Notes under the pieces: model-generated | Told to the model about the DNA's origin: nothing | Database searches by the model: none | What the model saw: only the letters and a program-made list of their open reading frames with translations | Shown: piece by piece, positions 44,072 to 57,862 of the stretch | How positions within the stretch are numbered: position 1 is the stretch's first letter | Layout of the letters: each line of letters begins with the position of its first letter | Made by a program: the position numbers and the translations under genes | Origin: the human T2T-CHM13v2.0 reference genome, Homo sapiens | NCBI RefSeq assembly: GCF_009914755.1 | Contig: NC_060929.1 | Length of the DNA stretch: 64,000 bases | Reading direction: 5' to 3' (one strand)

Positions 44072-47000
44072 TTTCCATGCTATGTTTTCCTTTTATGTTT
44101 TTACATTTTTGATAGGCAATTTAATTCTATGAGACATAGATCGAACTGAAATCTCAGCAACTTATATTCATGTCACATTGTGACACTAGCTACCTTTGTG
44201 ATCACCCTGTTTTTTATTCCGTTAATTTTGTTCTGCTAATGCTCATGCATGATCAGCTGATTCATCCACAGGAAAGATAGTTGAGAGGATGATCTGAAGT
44301 AGGCAGGAAAGCAAGGGTCTTGAGAATGGAAAAGAAGCCTGGAGTCTTTTCACAGATTATCCTATGACTGACTAAAAATAGTTGAGGGGATTTGGAGAGA
44401 AATCAACGTTCCATCCAAGGTTTAAAGAGTACTTCTGGTTCGCAACTTGGGTATATATAACATCATTGAATAATCAGTCTAATCATTTTAAGTTACTTGT
44501 GATATAAAAATCACAAACACAATTTGTATATCAATATTGTGTAGATGAGACAACACATTGAATGTTTTTTTCCTCAGTCTGGTAATAGCACAGGTCTTGC
44601 CTAGGCCAACTTTATCTCAGGTTCATTCAAGAAGAACAATATTCATCTGGATTCCTGCACTCTGTTGAAGCAATGTTCTTGCTTTCAAAAGCAGATAAGT
44701 GACACATTTCTAAGTTAGATAATGCATATCTACAGGAGCCACCTTCTCAATCAAAGTAAGAGTCTAGATAAAGATCATCATCATAGCAGAGTACGTTTTT
44801 GTATGTGTGATTTGCTTCCTACTCCTAGACTTTTAATTAAGGCTAACAGCACAAAACCTAAAATTTCACTAGGCCATATATTTAGAAATCATCTTTTGAA
44901 GGCCAAGACAGCTTTAGTAATTGGTAGCTGATTTAGCCCAAGGCCCAGAATGTCATATGTAAGATAAGCTCATAGTGACTTGTTAAACCCTTAAACTATC
45001 ATGAAATTTAAAAGTAGTATATCAATTACGTAAGTGTTGATACTTAGGTAGGTCTTAGGTAACAGCTGTCAATTGGGTGGTATATTGGCAATGTAAGATT
45101 TTTAAAACAGCCATGGAGATTTATTAATCCAGTCAATTTCCGTAACATGGATCAGGAAATATGGATTTTGATTCTATGGCTGCATTTAATTTAAAATATA
45201 TCCTCAGGTTATCAGAATTTATGATACAAACGCATAAAAATAAAACAAACTTATATTCATCCCACTTAGGTTGTATGCATCAATCAATGGTTAGAAAAAA
45301 ATGCAACCTGATTAAAACAAGTTATGTAGACATTAATTACAAAGTAAGGGGTATAAAATGACTATATTCCAAATTCTTTTTTGGTTCTAAAGGCTTTTTG
45401 GTTTTTTCAAATAATAAACAAACTTTTTCTTACAACATATATTGTATGCACACACACATAAAGCATACACATGTGTATATGTATATTTACACATGCATAT
45501 GTACTTGCACATGTGTTTGCATAATTTTAAAATGCAAATCAGGATTTTGACGTGTACAAGGAAGAAAGAAGGTTTGAATGACTTCAAGAAAATATAGAAG
45601 AGCAACAATAGGATTGAGTGATTATCAATTTTCAAAGCAAATTTAGAGCCATAAGAGGCTAAAATAACAAATGATAACATTGATATTTTTAATTAAAATA
45701 TCCAGTTAAAATTATACAACTTGAAAAGAAAACATACAATTAAATAAATCCATTTCATCTTAAATGTAGTTCACTTGGAGTGTCACTAAAACACAAACAT
45801 TACATAATTTTCTGGGTAGTCGTTTGCTGTGAATATACATGCACACACACACACTTTTAGATATGTTATTGCTATATATTTTAAATCTCCTTTGTTACTT
45901 CCATGGAGTTAAAACATTAATTCTCATAGGAAAAATGTATTTCAAAGACACTTCTCCCTCTCGTTTGAAGTTGTCTAATTAAGCTAATACTATTCAGGTA
46001 AATATTTATTACCTTCATCAAAACTTTATCCTCCTAACTGGGATGAAATGATATGAAAAGGCAACTTGCCATCCTGCTTTGTTCCTAAAGATGCAAAGAT
46101 CAAAGTCGTTGATGCTGTCACACAGTTTTTTAACAGTTTTTTTTTTTTTTTTCCCATAAGTACAACTTCAGAAAAGATGTTTACCTGGTTTGAGGACAGG
46201 CTTTAACATTCCAGTTGAGAAACACGACTTGGGTAAAATGGGAATAACCTATATTTTCCAAAGCCCCATTTACTGCAGTTGCTGAACTCAGCGGTATATA
46301 TTGAGACTTTTAAACAGAAACACATTACTGAAAATAAATTATATGGAGGAATATTTCAGATGATGATTAACCATAAATTAAATAAATTCATATTATTAGT
46401 ATTTTCTAGTTCCCAATATATTAGTTTTTCCTTCTCATATACTGATTTATACAAATTATTTGTTCCAGTAAAAACGATATTATGCTTCTTGTTTTAGTGC
46501 TTATATAATATACCATGTTCTCCAGAAGACATATTTTTCTTTCAAAACAATATATAGAAGTTATATTTTCTAAAATAATAAAATACCATTTTTAAGGCAG
46601 TTGAATTTCAATTAGAGAACTTACAGTTTCTATAATAAAATAAATGGATTAACAATTTTTTAAATGTAGACAATGTAAATTAGCTATGGAAAGAGAGTAT
46701 TTCATGCACACACCCCAAATACTTTGTGAAATTTCTCTTGGAGATATAGCATAGAATGAAACCAATTTATAGGAAACACAAAGAACTGTCTCAAAATTCT
46801 CTTTCTTCAGAATGCTGAACCTTGTTGGGAAAATGGATGGATACAGCCCCCACCTCCAAAACTCTAAGATTCCTAAGTAAATGAATGAGAACTAAAAGTG
46901 AGGTTGAATCTTGGGGCTTAAGAAACATGAGGAACAAGCAGGACATGAAGAGCACAGTCAAAATACAGTTTTATTTTCCCCTGCCCACCTCCCATATTGC

Positions 47001-49457
47001 CAAAGTAAACCTGTTTTGTGTATTTCATTCTATCCTGCCCCTTGGATAAAATCAATGGCATGTCACAAGGATTATGCCAGCCGTTTTTCAGTCATTGAAA
47101 TCTTCGCTTATTTTTGTCAGAAGAAAATTCACTTTAGTTCAGTCTCTCTTCCTAAATAATATACCTAGTCCTGTGTAAAACAAAACAATTTAAGAAAAAT
47201 AATGTTTTTATCTTGAACCTCCCTTTTATATCCAAATTTCTTTAATCATCTCCAAAGATAGAAAGAGGACTAAAGCTGGAGGGGAGAGAATAAGTGAATG
47301 GCAGGAAAGTTTTCCTTTCACTGCCCCTGTCCTGGTGATTCAGCAGGGCACCCTGTGGGCATACTGCTGTTTGAAGCTTGTCCTTTCTCTAAGGTAGCTC
47401 TGTGTTACTTCTTCAGAGCTGCATCCTCTGTTCTCACATCACCTGGATAGCTTACCTGCAGTTCCTCTACATAAGCAAATGTGTCCTTCAATAGACAAAT
47501 CTCTTGCTGTTTATAATTAATATTTAAGCCTCTTGGCATTTCATGGTACACTTCTAGCATCTTTCCACTGATGTCTCTTCGCCTCCCTCAAATGATCCAT
47601 CTGTATCTCAAGGTTCCCTGAAAAACACTCACTCACTCTTAGTTTTGAGAAATGCTGGACAAACAGGCAACCCCATTCAGGAAACCTCTATTAACTCTGT
47701 CAGTAGAACAATTACCAGCCCTAATCTCTCAGCCTTTGGATTACTTAAGTTTAACATCTTCACTGTGTCCTTGACATCAGGAGACACATGTCAGTTCTCC
47801 AAGCAGTCACACCAAAGCTGCTCTCTCTAGGTTTGATTCGATGGTCATCTGCAGCACTTTCAAAGAGGTTTCCTCTCAATCCCCACACCCCTAACTACTT
47901 CAACTTCAAACCCTTTCTAACTTTTAGTAGATGACGTGCCAAGTTTCCAAGCCAGTATTTAACCAATACACATGCTAGTCTTTTTGGGTGGTTATATTTT
48001 AAAATGTGGGGATAATTGTTTTACATTCTGTTCAACAACAACAACAACAAAATGAGACTGAAAATCTTCCACCTGAAAAATCTCTTTTGTATTAGGCTAT
48101 CTTCATAAAGCTCGGATAGAAGTTTAATAAGCTAATAGATTTTAATGGAAAGATTTTTTTCTGACACAGTCAAGATCTTTTTTGATGCATGAAACCTAGA
48201 ATCTAGAAGGAACCCAGAAAGAATCAAATATTGCACCTGGAATGTAGGTAAGCAAAAACAGAAAACAAATTATTGGGCTTACTGAATATTGCTATAATTG
48301 TCCAATCGATTTATTTCTTCAGATTATATATTTTTCAAAGCTTTTTGTACTCAAGTTATGACCATCTACAACATTTCCATAATATATTGATATTTCAAGT
48401 CTGAAAATATTTTTTCAAATTGTAAACATTAAATATGAAAGTTTTATAATGTAACTTTTTATGTTAACCCAGAATGAGATATGAATAGTCAATGAATCAA
48501 AATAGCCAATGTCTATTTGTTGCAGCTACTCCTAAGATGAGATACATATTCTCTTCTCCCCAATAGTGAGTGTGTTCCCTGTATATAACACTAACAGCAA
48601 ACTTAAATACTGGATATTCCTTCCTTGCATTAGCATACTAAGTATATTTACCATCATGTGCTTTTTCACTACAAATAGGAATACTTGTTTCCTTAGATTG
48701 CTGAACATCACAAACATGAGAAAAGATGAGTCATTCTTCTTGTATAAGGGCTATAATTCCAATAGATTTGCCTATTAAGTTTCTCATGTATTAGCATTTT
48801 TTTATTCATAGACTACTTCATTGTATTCAATTTGCACCAGATATCTTTTATTACATTATTCTTCTTTTTCTTCTTCTTCTTATTTCTTACAAGGTTATTG
48901 GATGACTTTTATCAATAGGCACACATTGACAGAGAGATCTAAACAATAATCATAAACAGTTAACTTTTTCAGTCTTTCAGTAACAGATCAAAGTTTATTA
49001 GTTACAAATAAAAATATTAACAAGCCTAATGCATTGCTAATGTCATCTCATTTTAAAAATCTTGAATTGATATAAAAAATTCTGATGTATTTAATCAGTG
49101 GAGACAGTAACACAGGAAGGAAACTATTTTTGTATTAAATAATACATGCTTGGATTAAATCACATGTGTATAAAGAAAGTCTAAAATTATGAGCTAGTAA
49201 CTAGATATGCAATTGATCTTAAACTATTTTTTAAATTTGGCTTCATTAATCATAACACAAATCTTTCAAGGTACTCTTTATGAGTAGTTAGCCAGTGAAA
49301 ACTATTGCTAGCTTCTCAATTTCCCATGTTGTAGTTTCCAACTCTGGAATAAAAGTAAAACAAAATAAAGCAACACAACCACAACATATCTGGAAAACAA
49401 GTTTAGTGCAGTTTACAATGTAAGTAAAATAAATCTATTTTATTTAAAATAGTATTA

Positions 49458-49775
49458 GGCTGAGCATGGTGGCTCATGCCTGTAATACCAGCACTTTGGG
49501 AGGCCAAAGCGGGAGTATCACTTGAGCCAGGAATTCAAGACCAACCTGGGCAACATGATGAGGCCTCCTTTCTACAAGAAATTAAAAAAAAAAAAAAAAA
49601 AAAAAAAAGCCAGGCATGGGGAGATATGCCTGTAAACCCAGCTACTCAGGAGGCCAGAAGTGAGAGGATTGCTTGAGCCCAAGAGGCGAAGGTTGCAGTG
49701 AGCTATGATCACATCATACCACTGCACTCCAGCCTGGGCAACAGAGTAAGACCCTGTGTCAAAAAAAAAAAAAAA
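49458..49775 (+). mobile_element. AluJ with expanded middle A-tract
   Basis: 'aggattgcttgagccc' and 'gagctatgatc'. Long A run in the linker at 49583-49608. Confidence 0.92.
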
Positions 49776-51989
49776 TTATATGTGTGTGTGTATGTATTAA
49801 AGAATAAGAAATTAAGCATTACAAAAGTTTAAAAACATTTTTTAAGTAATAGATTAAAGTTCAAATTAAATTATTATATTAATTCTGTGGGTTTTCTTAA
49901 TATATCTTCAAGTTTTAACATCACTCGATGCAAAAAAAAAATATGCCAGTGAATGAGTCCAATTTCCTCTGTTCCTTTTCCTCCCAATAAAGCCTGCCCT
50001 TACACCCACAAACATAAAACTATAATGAGATTCAAATTTCTTAAAAAGGCATTCAACAGACAAAAAGTTGAGTAGAAAACAGATCAAAGTATCATTATCT
50101 GGTGAATTATTGTGATACAGTGAAGTAATTTAAATAATTCAGAAAAATAATAAGAGGATTTCATTATCTGTTTGCCTAAATTCCCTGAATGCTTACACTA
50201 ACTTTAAATCTCCTTTTGACTATAAAGTTCCAGATATGGTAGAATGAGGTGGCACTGATAAGTTTATAGTTAAAGAGCAGTTATAAGAAAAAAGTTTTCA
50301 AATTAAGATTTTAATTTTTTTGTAAAAGTAAAAGAAAACAGTCTTATCCTGGATACAAAGAGTATATATTTCCTACTATTTTTTTCTAGATACTTCTTCT
50401 GGTATTAATAACATATGTAAGGATTTGGAGTTTCTTTTGCTACTGGGCAACAATAACTGAAATAATGTATAGAAAAATGCTTTATGATTATTATTTTTTC
50501 AAGAAATGTCAATAAAAACTAAGTGCAATTATGTTAGTGTCACAACAAGAATCCTTATCCACCTTAAATGTCTTCATATAATAATAAAAAGCACAAAACA
50601 AAAAGCAAACTTTAAAAAGAACCAATAAAGAGGAAAGGGAACAAAGACCTTCAGTTTATCTCATATATATATATATATAATGCCTTGAATACATTAATTG
50701 CTTTGTTAATTTTTTTGTTCAGCTGTTATGAGATGAACCTTTTACTGGTACTGCGTATTTTGTACTGAAATCCAACATAAGGCTTGATAAGAAATAAGTA
50801 GTAATGACAGAACGAACAACAGTTTCCAACACCCTTGAGCACAATTGCACACCATTTTCATATACAAGTTAAAGAAATCTGAAACTCCTTGTTTTGATGC
50901 AATGTGAGTGTCTCTTTACAGGAAGCACAACACACCATTTCTCCTTTCATTTCTCACCCCATTAACTCCCTTGACAAAAGATGTATGCAGATCCTGGGAG
51001 AATTCATTCTTTTCTCTGAATGTTTCAGATATGTTGAGCTGAAAGAGTGGGAGTGCCATATCCATTTTATTTAGATAAAAAGTATTTTTCAAAAATAATA
51101 TTTTTCTTAGATGTCTACAGACTCCTTACATAAAATTTTACAGAGTGTTTCTTCCCAACGCTACTTTCAACTCTGAAACTAAAGATGCATAGTCAGAAGA
51201 TAACTTGGAAAATGATGTGATTTGTTATATTCAAATGAGACAATCTGAAAATTGATTGTAATTAAATTTGTACTTGACCTTATCATCCACATTAATTCAG
51301 AAATATCAGAACGGTTAAATAGAAAGAGCACTTATTTTATATCTGTTATATGGACTTGCTCTTTTTTATATGCAGTAGACAATATGGAATATAAATTACT
51401 TCTGCATAATGGAAAATATTGACAGCATCATACTGGAGAAGAGGTAATGCTACCTGAAAACCCCAACACATTCATTTGCATTTATTGATATGGACAATGT
51501 TGCAGTATTATTTTATTGCCAACCTCTCCTTTTCTTCCTCATAGTGATTTCATGTATGTATTTTTTAAATGTCTACAAAACTGCCTGATTATAAAACAAT
51601 AAAATTACAATACTAATTCCCTTAAAAATACAATAGATTAAACACTCTTAGCAACTTTCCCTTTAATTACAGAAGACAGTCTGTGGTATTTAACAATTAT
51701 TATTTCTATGACTTCTGAAATCTCTTCTCTTGAAAACTGCATTAATCTATATTATAGCTCATTGAAATAAGTGAATAACAACTTTGTAAGCGAAACCTGC
51801 ATTATGTTTTAGCCCTTCCAAGCTGAGTGACCTTCAGAGTTAGTGGCTACATGATATGTAGCATGTTCTTGCCATACATCAAGTATTTGATTTATATTTT
51901 ATATCCCCACGTCAATAAACACCTACAAGCTAAAAAAATTGCCATGATCAAAAGAGAAATATGGATCCACCTCCTTTCTTCTAAAGTCT

Positions 51990-52856
51990 GTTTATTAAAA
52001 GTCTTCTCAATCTTGAAAAAGGACCTCCCCCTTTATCCAGTTGCTGAAGCCAGAAATATGACATTTTTATTTATTCATCTTTTATCATTCATATTGATTT
52101 ATTTTAGTATATTTTCCAACCCCAAATTTAATATCATAGTCTCACTGTATCAATGTTTCCCTCTTTCTTAGTACTGCTATAATCTTGCACTTGGACTACT
52201 ACAATAATTTTTAAATTTGTTATGTTACCTAAATCCTTTCCCCTTATTGCCCAGCAGAACAAATAATTCTTTAGTATTTTAAAACATACATTCAATGTTG
52301 TCTTTCCTCTGCTTCAAATTATCTAATGGTTTTTATCCTATTTCAAATAAAATCCAATCCAGCCCTGGCTAAGAAAGCTCATTTGATCAGTCTTGGAACC
52401 TAAAGATCTGCTTACCACAAGTAGAGTTCCCTGCCAAAATTCTCCTGTCTCCAGGTTTCTAGACCCACCTAATAAGCCACTTTTTTTTTTTTTTTTTCCT
52501 AAGGAGCTTCCTTAGGAACTAGATTATCTTTCTCAGACTGGAATGCTCTTTGCCTAAGCTTAACATGCCTGTTTCATTTTGGTCTTTTAGATCTCAGATC
52601 CAAGTCACATTCTCAAAGCATTTAACTCTCATTCTCCCTTGAAGTAACTACCTAGTGATTCTCTGTTACATTGCTCTATTTTCATTCTATGCATTGCACT
52701 TACTACTATATTAGGTTTCTTGTGAAATATCCATTTGTGTGTCATGAGAACAGGGACATGATCATGTTCACTCCTTCATTCCCAGTGTTTAGAACAGCAC
52801 TTGGTGTATGGTGGATGTCTAATATATAGAGAGTAAGTGATCAAATGAATGAATGA
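51990..52856 (+). mobile_element. L2a-like 3' region
   Basis: 'atccagttgctgaagccagaaa...catgagaacagggac...cccagtgtttagaacagcacttgg...tgaatgaatga', the L2 terminal repeat. Confidence 0.7.
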
Positions 52857-52973
52857 TAAATGATTTAATAAAATTTAAATTTTAAGTTCTATCTAATTAA
52901 AACAAGCACATTAAATTTATTTTGAATCAATAAATATCTGCCCAGTTATTTAAAATAAATCTTTAATATTACT

Positions 52974-54478
52974 ATGACCAACCAAGATTCATCCCAGCAA
53001 TGCGAGGATGGTTCACTATATGCAAATCAATACACATGATCTAGCACCTCAATAGAATCAAGAACAAAAACCATAAAATCATTTCAATAGATGTGGAAAA
53101 AGCATTTAGTAAACTTCAACATCAATAAAAGCCCTCAATAAATTAGGTATAGAAGGAATGTACCTCAACATAATAAAGGCCATATATGACAAAACCATAG
53201 TTATCATCATACTGAGTGAGGAAAAGTTGAACGTTTTTCTATAAGATCTGGAATGAGACAAGGATGTCTACTTTCAACATTTCCATTCAACATTGTACTG
53301 GAAGTCCTAGCCAGAGTAATTAGGCAAGAGAATGAAATAAAGAAGTTCCACATTGGAAAGGAGAAAGTAAAATTGTCCCTGTTGGCAGATGGCATTATCT
53401 TGTATATATAAAACCCTAAAGACTCCACCAATGAAGTAGTGTAGACTCCACTAATAGAATTGTTATGACTTTGGTAAACTTGCAGGACACAACATCAACA
53501 TATAAAAATCAATAGAATTTTTGAATATTACCAGTGAACTATCTGAACAAGTAATCAAGAAAACAATCTCACTTACAATATCTACACAAAAAATTACCTA
53601 AGAATGCATTTAACCAACAAGGTGAAATATCGCTATAATGAAAATGATAAGACATTGAAAAAATAAATTGAAAAGGACACAAATAAATGAAAATATCTTC
53701 CAAGTTTATAAACTGGAAGAATTAATATTGTTAAAATATCCATACTATCCAAAGTGACATAGAGGTTCAACACAATTCCTATTAAAATGTTAATAAAATT
53801 CTTCACAAAATAGAAAAATATCCAAAAATTTCTATGGAACCACAAAATATCACAAGGAACCAAAACAACCTTGAGAAAAAAGAGCAAAGCTGGAGGCATT
53901 TCACTACCTGACTTCAAAATGTACTACAAAGCTATAGTAATCAAAACAGCATAATCCTAGCATAAACACAGACACATAGACCAATGGAACAGAATAAAGA
54001 ACTTGGAAATATATTTACACATTTACAGTCAAATGATTTTTGACAAAGTTTCCAGGAACACACAATGGGGACACAACAGTCTCTTCAATAAATGGTTCTG
54101 AGAAAATTTTTTATCCACATGCGGAAGAATGAAACTAGATCTCTGTTTCTCACCATATACAAAATTCAACTCAAAATTGATTACATATTTAAATTTAAGA
54201 TCCAAAACTGTGAAACTGCTAGAAGAAAACATGGGAGAAATTCTTCATGGCATGGGACTGGGTAAGGGTTTTTTTAGACAGGAACTCAAAAACACCAGCA
54301 ACTGAAGCAAAAATAGGCAAATGGGATTATATCAAACTAAAAACCTTCTGCACAACAGAGGAAACAATCAACAGAGCAAAGATACAACCTATGGAATGGG
54401 AGAAAAAATATTTGCAAACTAGACAACTGACAAGAAGTTAACCTAGAGAATATATATAAGAAACTCAAACAACCTAAG

Positions 54479-54513
<35 letters not shown>

Positions 54514-55430
54514 AGTTAAAAGTGGACCAAAGCCCTTAATATATATATTTTAAAAGAGGCATAAAAATAGCCAAAAGGTATATGAAAATATGTTCAATAT
54601 CATTATTAATCACAGAAATGCAATTCAAGGCCACAATGAAGTATCACCTCACTGCAGTTAAAATGGCTATTATCAAAAAAAGAAAAAATAACAAATGCTG
54701 GCAAAGATGTGAAAGGGGGAAACTTTCATACACTGTTGATGGGAATGTAAATTAGTACAGCCACTATCAAAACCAGTATGGAGGTTTCTTAAAAAGCTAA
54801 AAATAAAATTACCATATGATCCCACAATTTCACTCCTGGGTATTTTTACAAAGGAAATGAGACCAGTATGTCAAAGAAATGTTTGTAGTCCTGTATTTAT
54901 TGCAGCATTCTTCACAATAACCAAAAAATGAGATCAACCTAAGTGTTCACCAGTGGATAAAGGTATGAAAACATGTTGTATGTATACGCACAATGGAATG
55001 CTATTCAGCTATAAAATAGAATGAAATTCTATTGTTTGTGTCAACATAGATGAATGTAGAGGACATTATATTAAGTGAAATAAGACAAGCACAGAATGAC
55101 AAATACCACATGACCTCATTTGTAAAATCTGTAAAATGATGATCCCATAGAAGTAGAGCATTAAATAGTGGTTACCAGAGGCAGGGGTAGAGAGGTAGGC
55201 TTATGAGAGAGGTTGGTTAATAGGTACAAAGTTACACTTCGCTAGGAGGAATAGATCCTGGTGTTCTGTTGCATAGTAGGGTGGCTATAGTGAAAAATAA
55301 TTTACTGCATATTTCAAAATAGCAAGAAGAGTGGATTTTGAGTGCTCTCACTGCAAAGAATTGATAACTATCTGAGGTGATAGATATGCTAATTATTCTG
55401 ATTTGATCATTACACGATGTATACATGTAT
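52974..55430 (+). mobile_element. 5'-truncated L1MA (L1MA3-5-like), ORF2 3' half plus 3'UTR
   Basis: Decayed ORF2 (ORF 54247..54441 'KIGKWDYIKLKTFCT'). L1MA-type 3'UTR 'atttcaaaatagcaagaagagtggattttgagtg...tgaggtgatagatatgctaatta...gatttgatcattacac'. Confidence 0.9.
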
Positions 55431-56018
55431 ATATATTTTTCCTTTGTAATTTTGTACCAAAATTATTACTAAGTAATCGATTATTTTAATATTTATATGA
55501 TTTATTTGAAATTAGTTATTACAGTTTTCATTAATCCATGAAAATTTGGTATTTTCTATTATGTTGTTAACCAAAACATGGAAGATATCTATTATTTTGA
55601 ATATGAGATATAATAAGTAAAAAATGGAGCAATACCACTTTTTAGAAAACCTTAAATGCATATTCAATGTAAACAAAATACAGTTATTAACATATAATTT
55701 ATTCTCTGAATTTTCCTTCTCTCTCATTAAACTTACTGTCCATGGGGAAGGGGGAGAAGATTTGAATTTGCCTTTATTTTTGTCATTAGAAATCAAAAAT
55801 CTTCATTAGCTTTCTAGTTCAATTTGCATTTTAAAATGAAACATAATTTCTACATTAAACTAACAATTAGTCTTTCGTATATCATAGAAAGATAAAACTT
55901 AAATTTTACTGAATGTAAGACTACTCTGTGATTATTTTAAAAGTGTCACTTAAAATCTTGCAATACTTATGAGATCCCTACACAAAGAGAAGAAACAGTC
56001 TGTGGGAAAACCCTTACT

Positions 56019-56548
56019 TGGTATGTTTGTTTTCTCAGGCTGCTGTATCAAGACACCATAAACTGGGTGGCTTAAATAACAGATTTTTCTTTTTTTTTGA
56101 GATGGAGTCTCATTCTGTCGGCCAGACTGGAGCACAGTGGTGTTCTCTCAGCTCACTGCAACCTCCACCTCCCAGGTTCAAACGATTCTCATGCCTCAGC
56201 CTCCTGAGCAGCTGGATTACAGGTGTGTGCTACCACACCCAGCTAATTTTCTTGTATTTTTAGTAGGTACGGGGTTTCACCATGTTGGCCAGGCTAGTCT
56301 CGAACTCCTGTCCTTAAATGATCCACCTAATCCAGCCTCCCAAAGTGATTGGATTACAGGCCTGAGCCACTGTGCCCAGCCTCTCTTCTTTTCCTATTAA
56401 GGGCTCTCATTCCTAAAATGAGTCCCAACCTGGGACCTAATGTAACCTTAATCACCTTTCAAAAACTCCACCTCCAAATACCATTACTCCGGGGTCTATG
56501 GCTTCAACATATGAATCTGGAAGGAACACAAACATTCAGATGATAACA
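56019..56548 (-). mobile_element. MLT1A-like LTR interrupted by an Alu
   Basis: 'ggctgctgtatcaagacaccataaactgggtggcttaaataacaga' on the left and 'cacctccaaataccat...ggcttcaacatatgaat...acacaaacattcagatgataaca' on the right. Confidence 0.8.
56084..56381 (-). mobile_element. AluS
   Basis: Antisense dimer with a T tract. No TSD seen. Confidence 0.92.
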
Positions 56549-56978
56549 ATGTGGGAAGATGCTTGGCAGGTTCAAAGAGCTCATTAGAAGCCACGTGAAG
56601 GAATGAAGAAGTAGAAGAAAATGATACCTGAGAGGTAAACAGAGTGAGGATATGGAAACTTTTGTAGATTTTGTTTACAATATAATGAGAAGTTTGGGAA
56701 ATATAAATAAAATTCTGATGTATCTTTTTAAAAGCTTATGTTGGCTGTGAATGAAACATTATTGGCAGAGGGCAAAATTAGAAACAGAAAGTCTAGTAAT
56801 ATCGTCATTGCTGTTGTCCCAGCTGAAATTTGAAGGAGGCTTTTACTAACATGGTACTAGCTAAAGTGGTGGGGAAAAATTATTAACATTTACAGTCTTT
56901 GATAAAAATAAAACATCTGGATAACTGGAGAAATCAATAGATAAATTTTGAAATGATAGCCTTTAGATATTTGTAAAC

Positions 56979-57164
56979 AAGTGATGTTTAAAAATGAGGT
57001 CCTTGGATCATCAGCATTACCCGGGAAGGAAAGTTGTTAGAAATGAATATTCTCAGACCCAATACCAGAACTACTGAATCAGAAGTTCTGAGGGATGAAG
57101 TCAGCAATTTGATTTTAAACAGACACTCTAGGTGATTTTGACAAAAGCTCATTTGAGAACCATG
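56979..57164. mobile_element. MER5A hAT MITE within antisense L2 relics (56550-57550)
   Basis: 'ttgttagaaatgaatattctcagaccc...ctactgaatcagaagttctg...ggtgatt...tttgagaacca'. Confidence 0.75.
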
Positions 57165-57827
57165 ATGTAAACCATACGCATGAAAATGTCAATTACAGAA
57201 ATCCATAAATATGGGTTTATGGATTTCACAGCAGAAGTTTGAGACAGAGATATAAATCTGGAAGTGATCAGCACATAGATAGCACTTACAACCATGGGAA
57301 TGGTTGAAATCACATACACTAAGTGGGACCAAAGAGAAATGCCACAACTGAGGCCAACATTTCATTTTTGGTAGTTTGTAAACAACACTTTAAAAGGAGC
57401 ATCTACAGAGACAGGAAGAAAGCTAGGGATGTGAGATACCATGGACACCAAGTGAAGAAAGAGATTTTAAAAGGAGTAAATGATAAGCAATGTCCAATAA
57501 AGCTAAGAAATTCAGCACACCTTAAACAGTGGTGGGTTGATTGATGTTCAACATCTGGCTCTCTGAGGAAAAGCAAAATCAGATTAGTAAAGTTTTTCCA
57601 TTTCTGTGCTGCTAAATACTCCCGACATGCTTAATTTCAAGCCAGTGAATAGTGAGCAAATTTGGCAAGAGACACACAATAGCACGCCATTATTCATTTC
57701 TGCCATGTGGATATTATATATATATAAAACGATCTCAAAAAGACAGGTAAGAGAAAAATGTAATGAAATAATTAGAAGCAAATGAGTTTTGAGTATTCAT
57801 TACAATGCTTTTTTTAAATGTTTTGTC

Positions 57828-57862
<35 letters not shown>
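57828..57862. repeat. (TA)n(TG)n microsatellite
   Basis: Read directly from the sequence. Confidence 0.9.

Noticed and set aside
43691-44377. Direct repeats as a CRISPR-like array
   Set aside because: There are only two copies, 657 bp apart, with no regular spacers, in a primate context. Reported instead as a templated duplication.
46850-47950. GC-elevated stretch, possible ancient LTR or exons
   Set aside because: No recognisable termini, TSD, coherent splice pair or ORF.
54482-54511. A30 run inside L1MA as a separate insertion
   Set aside because: No TSD, and it sits at an A-rich position of L1 ORF2, so homopolymer expansion is enough to explain it.
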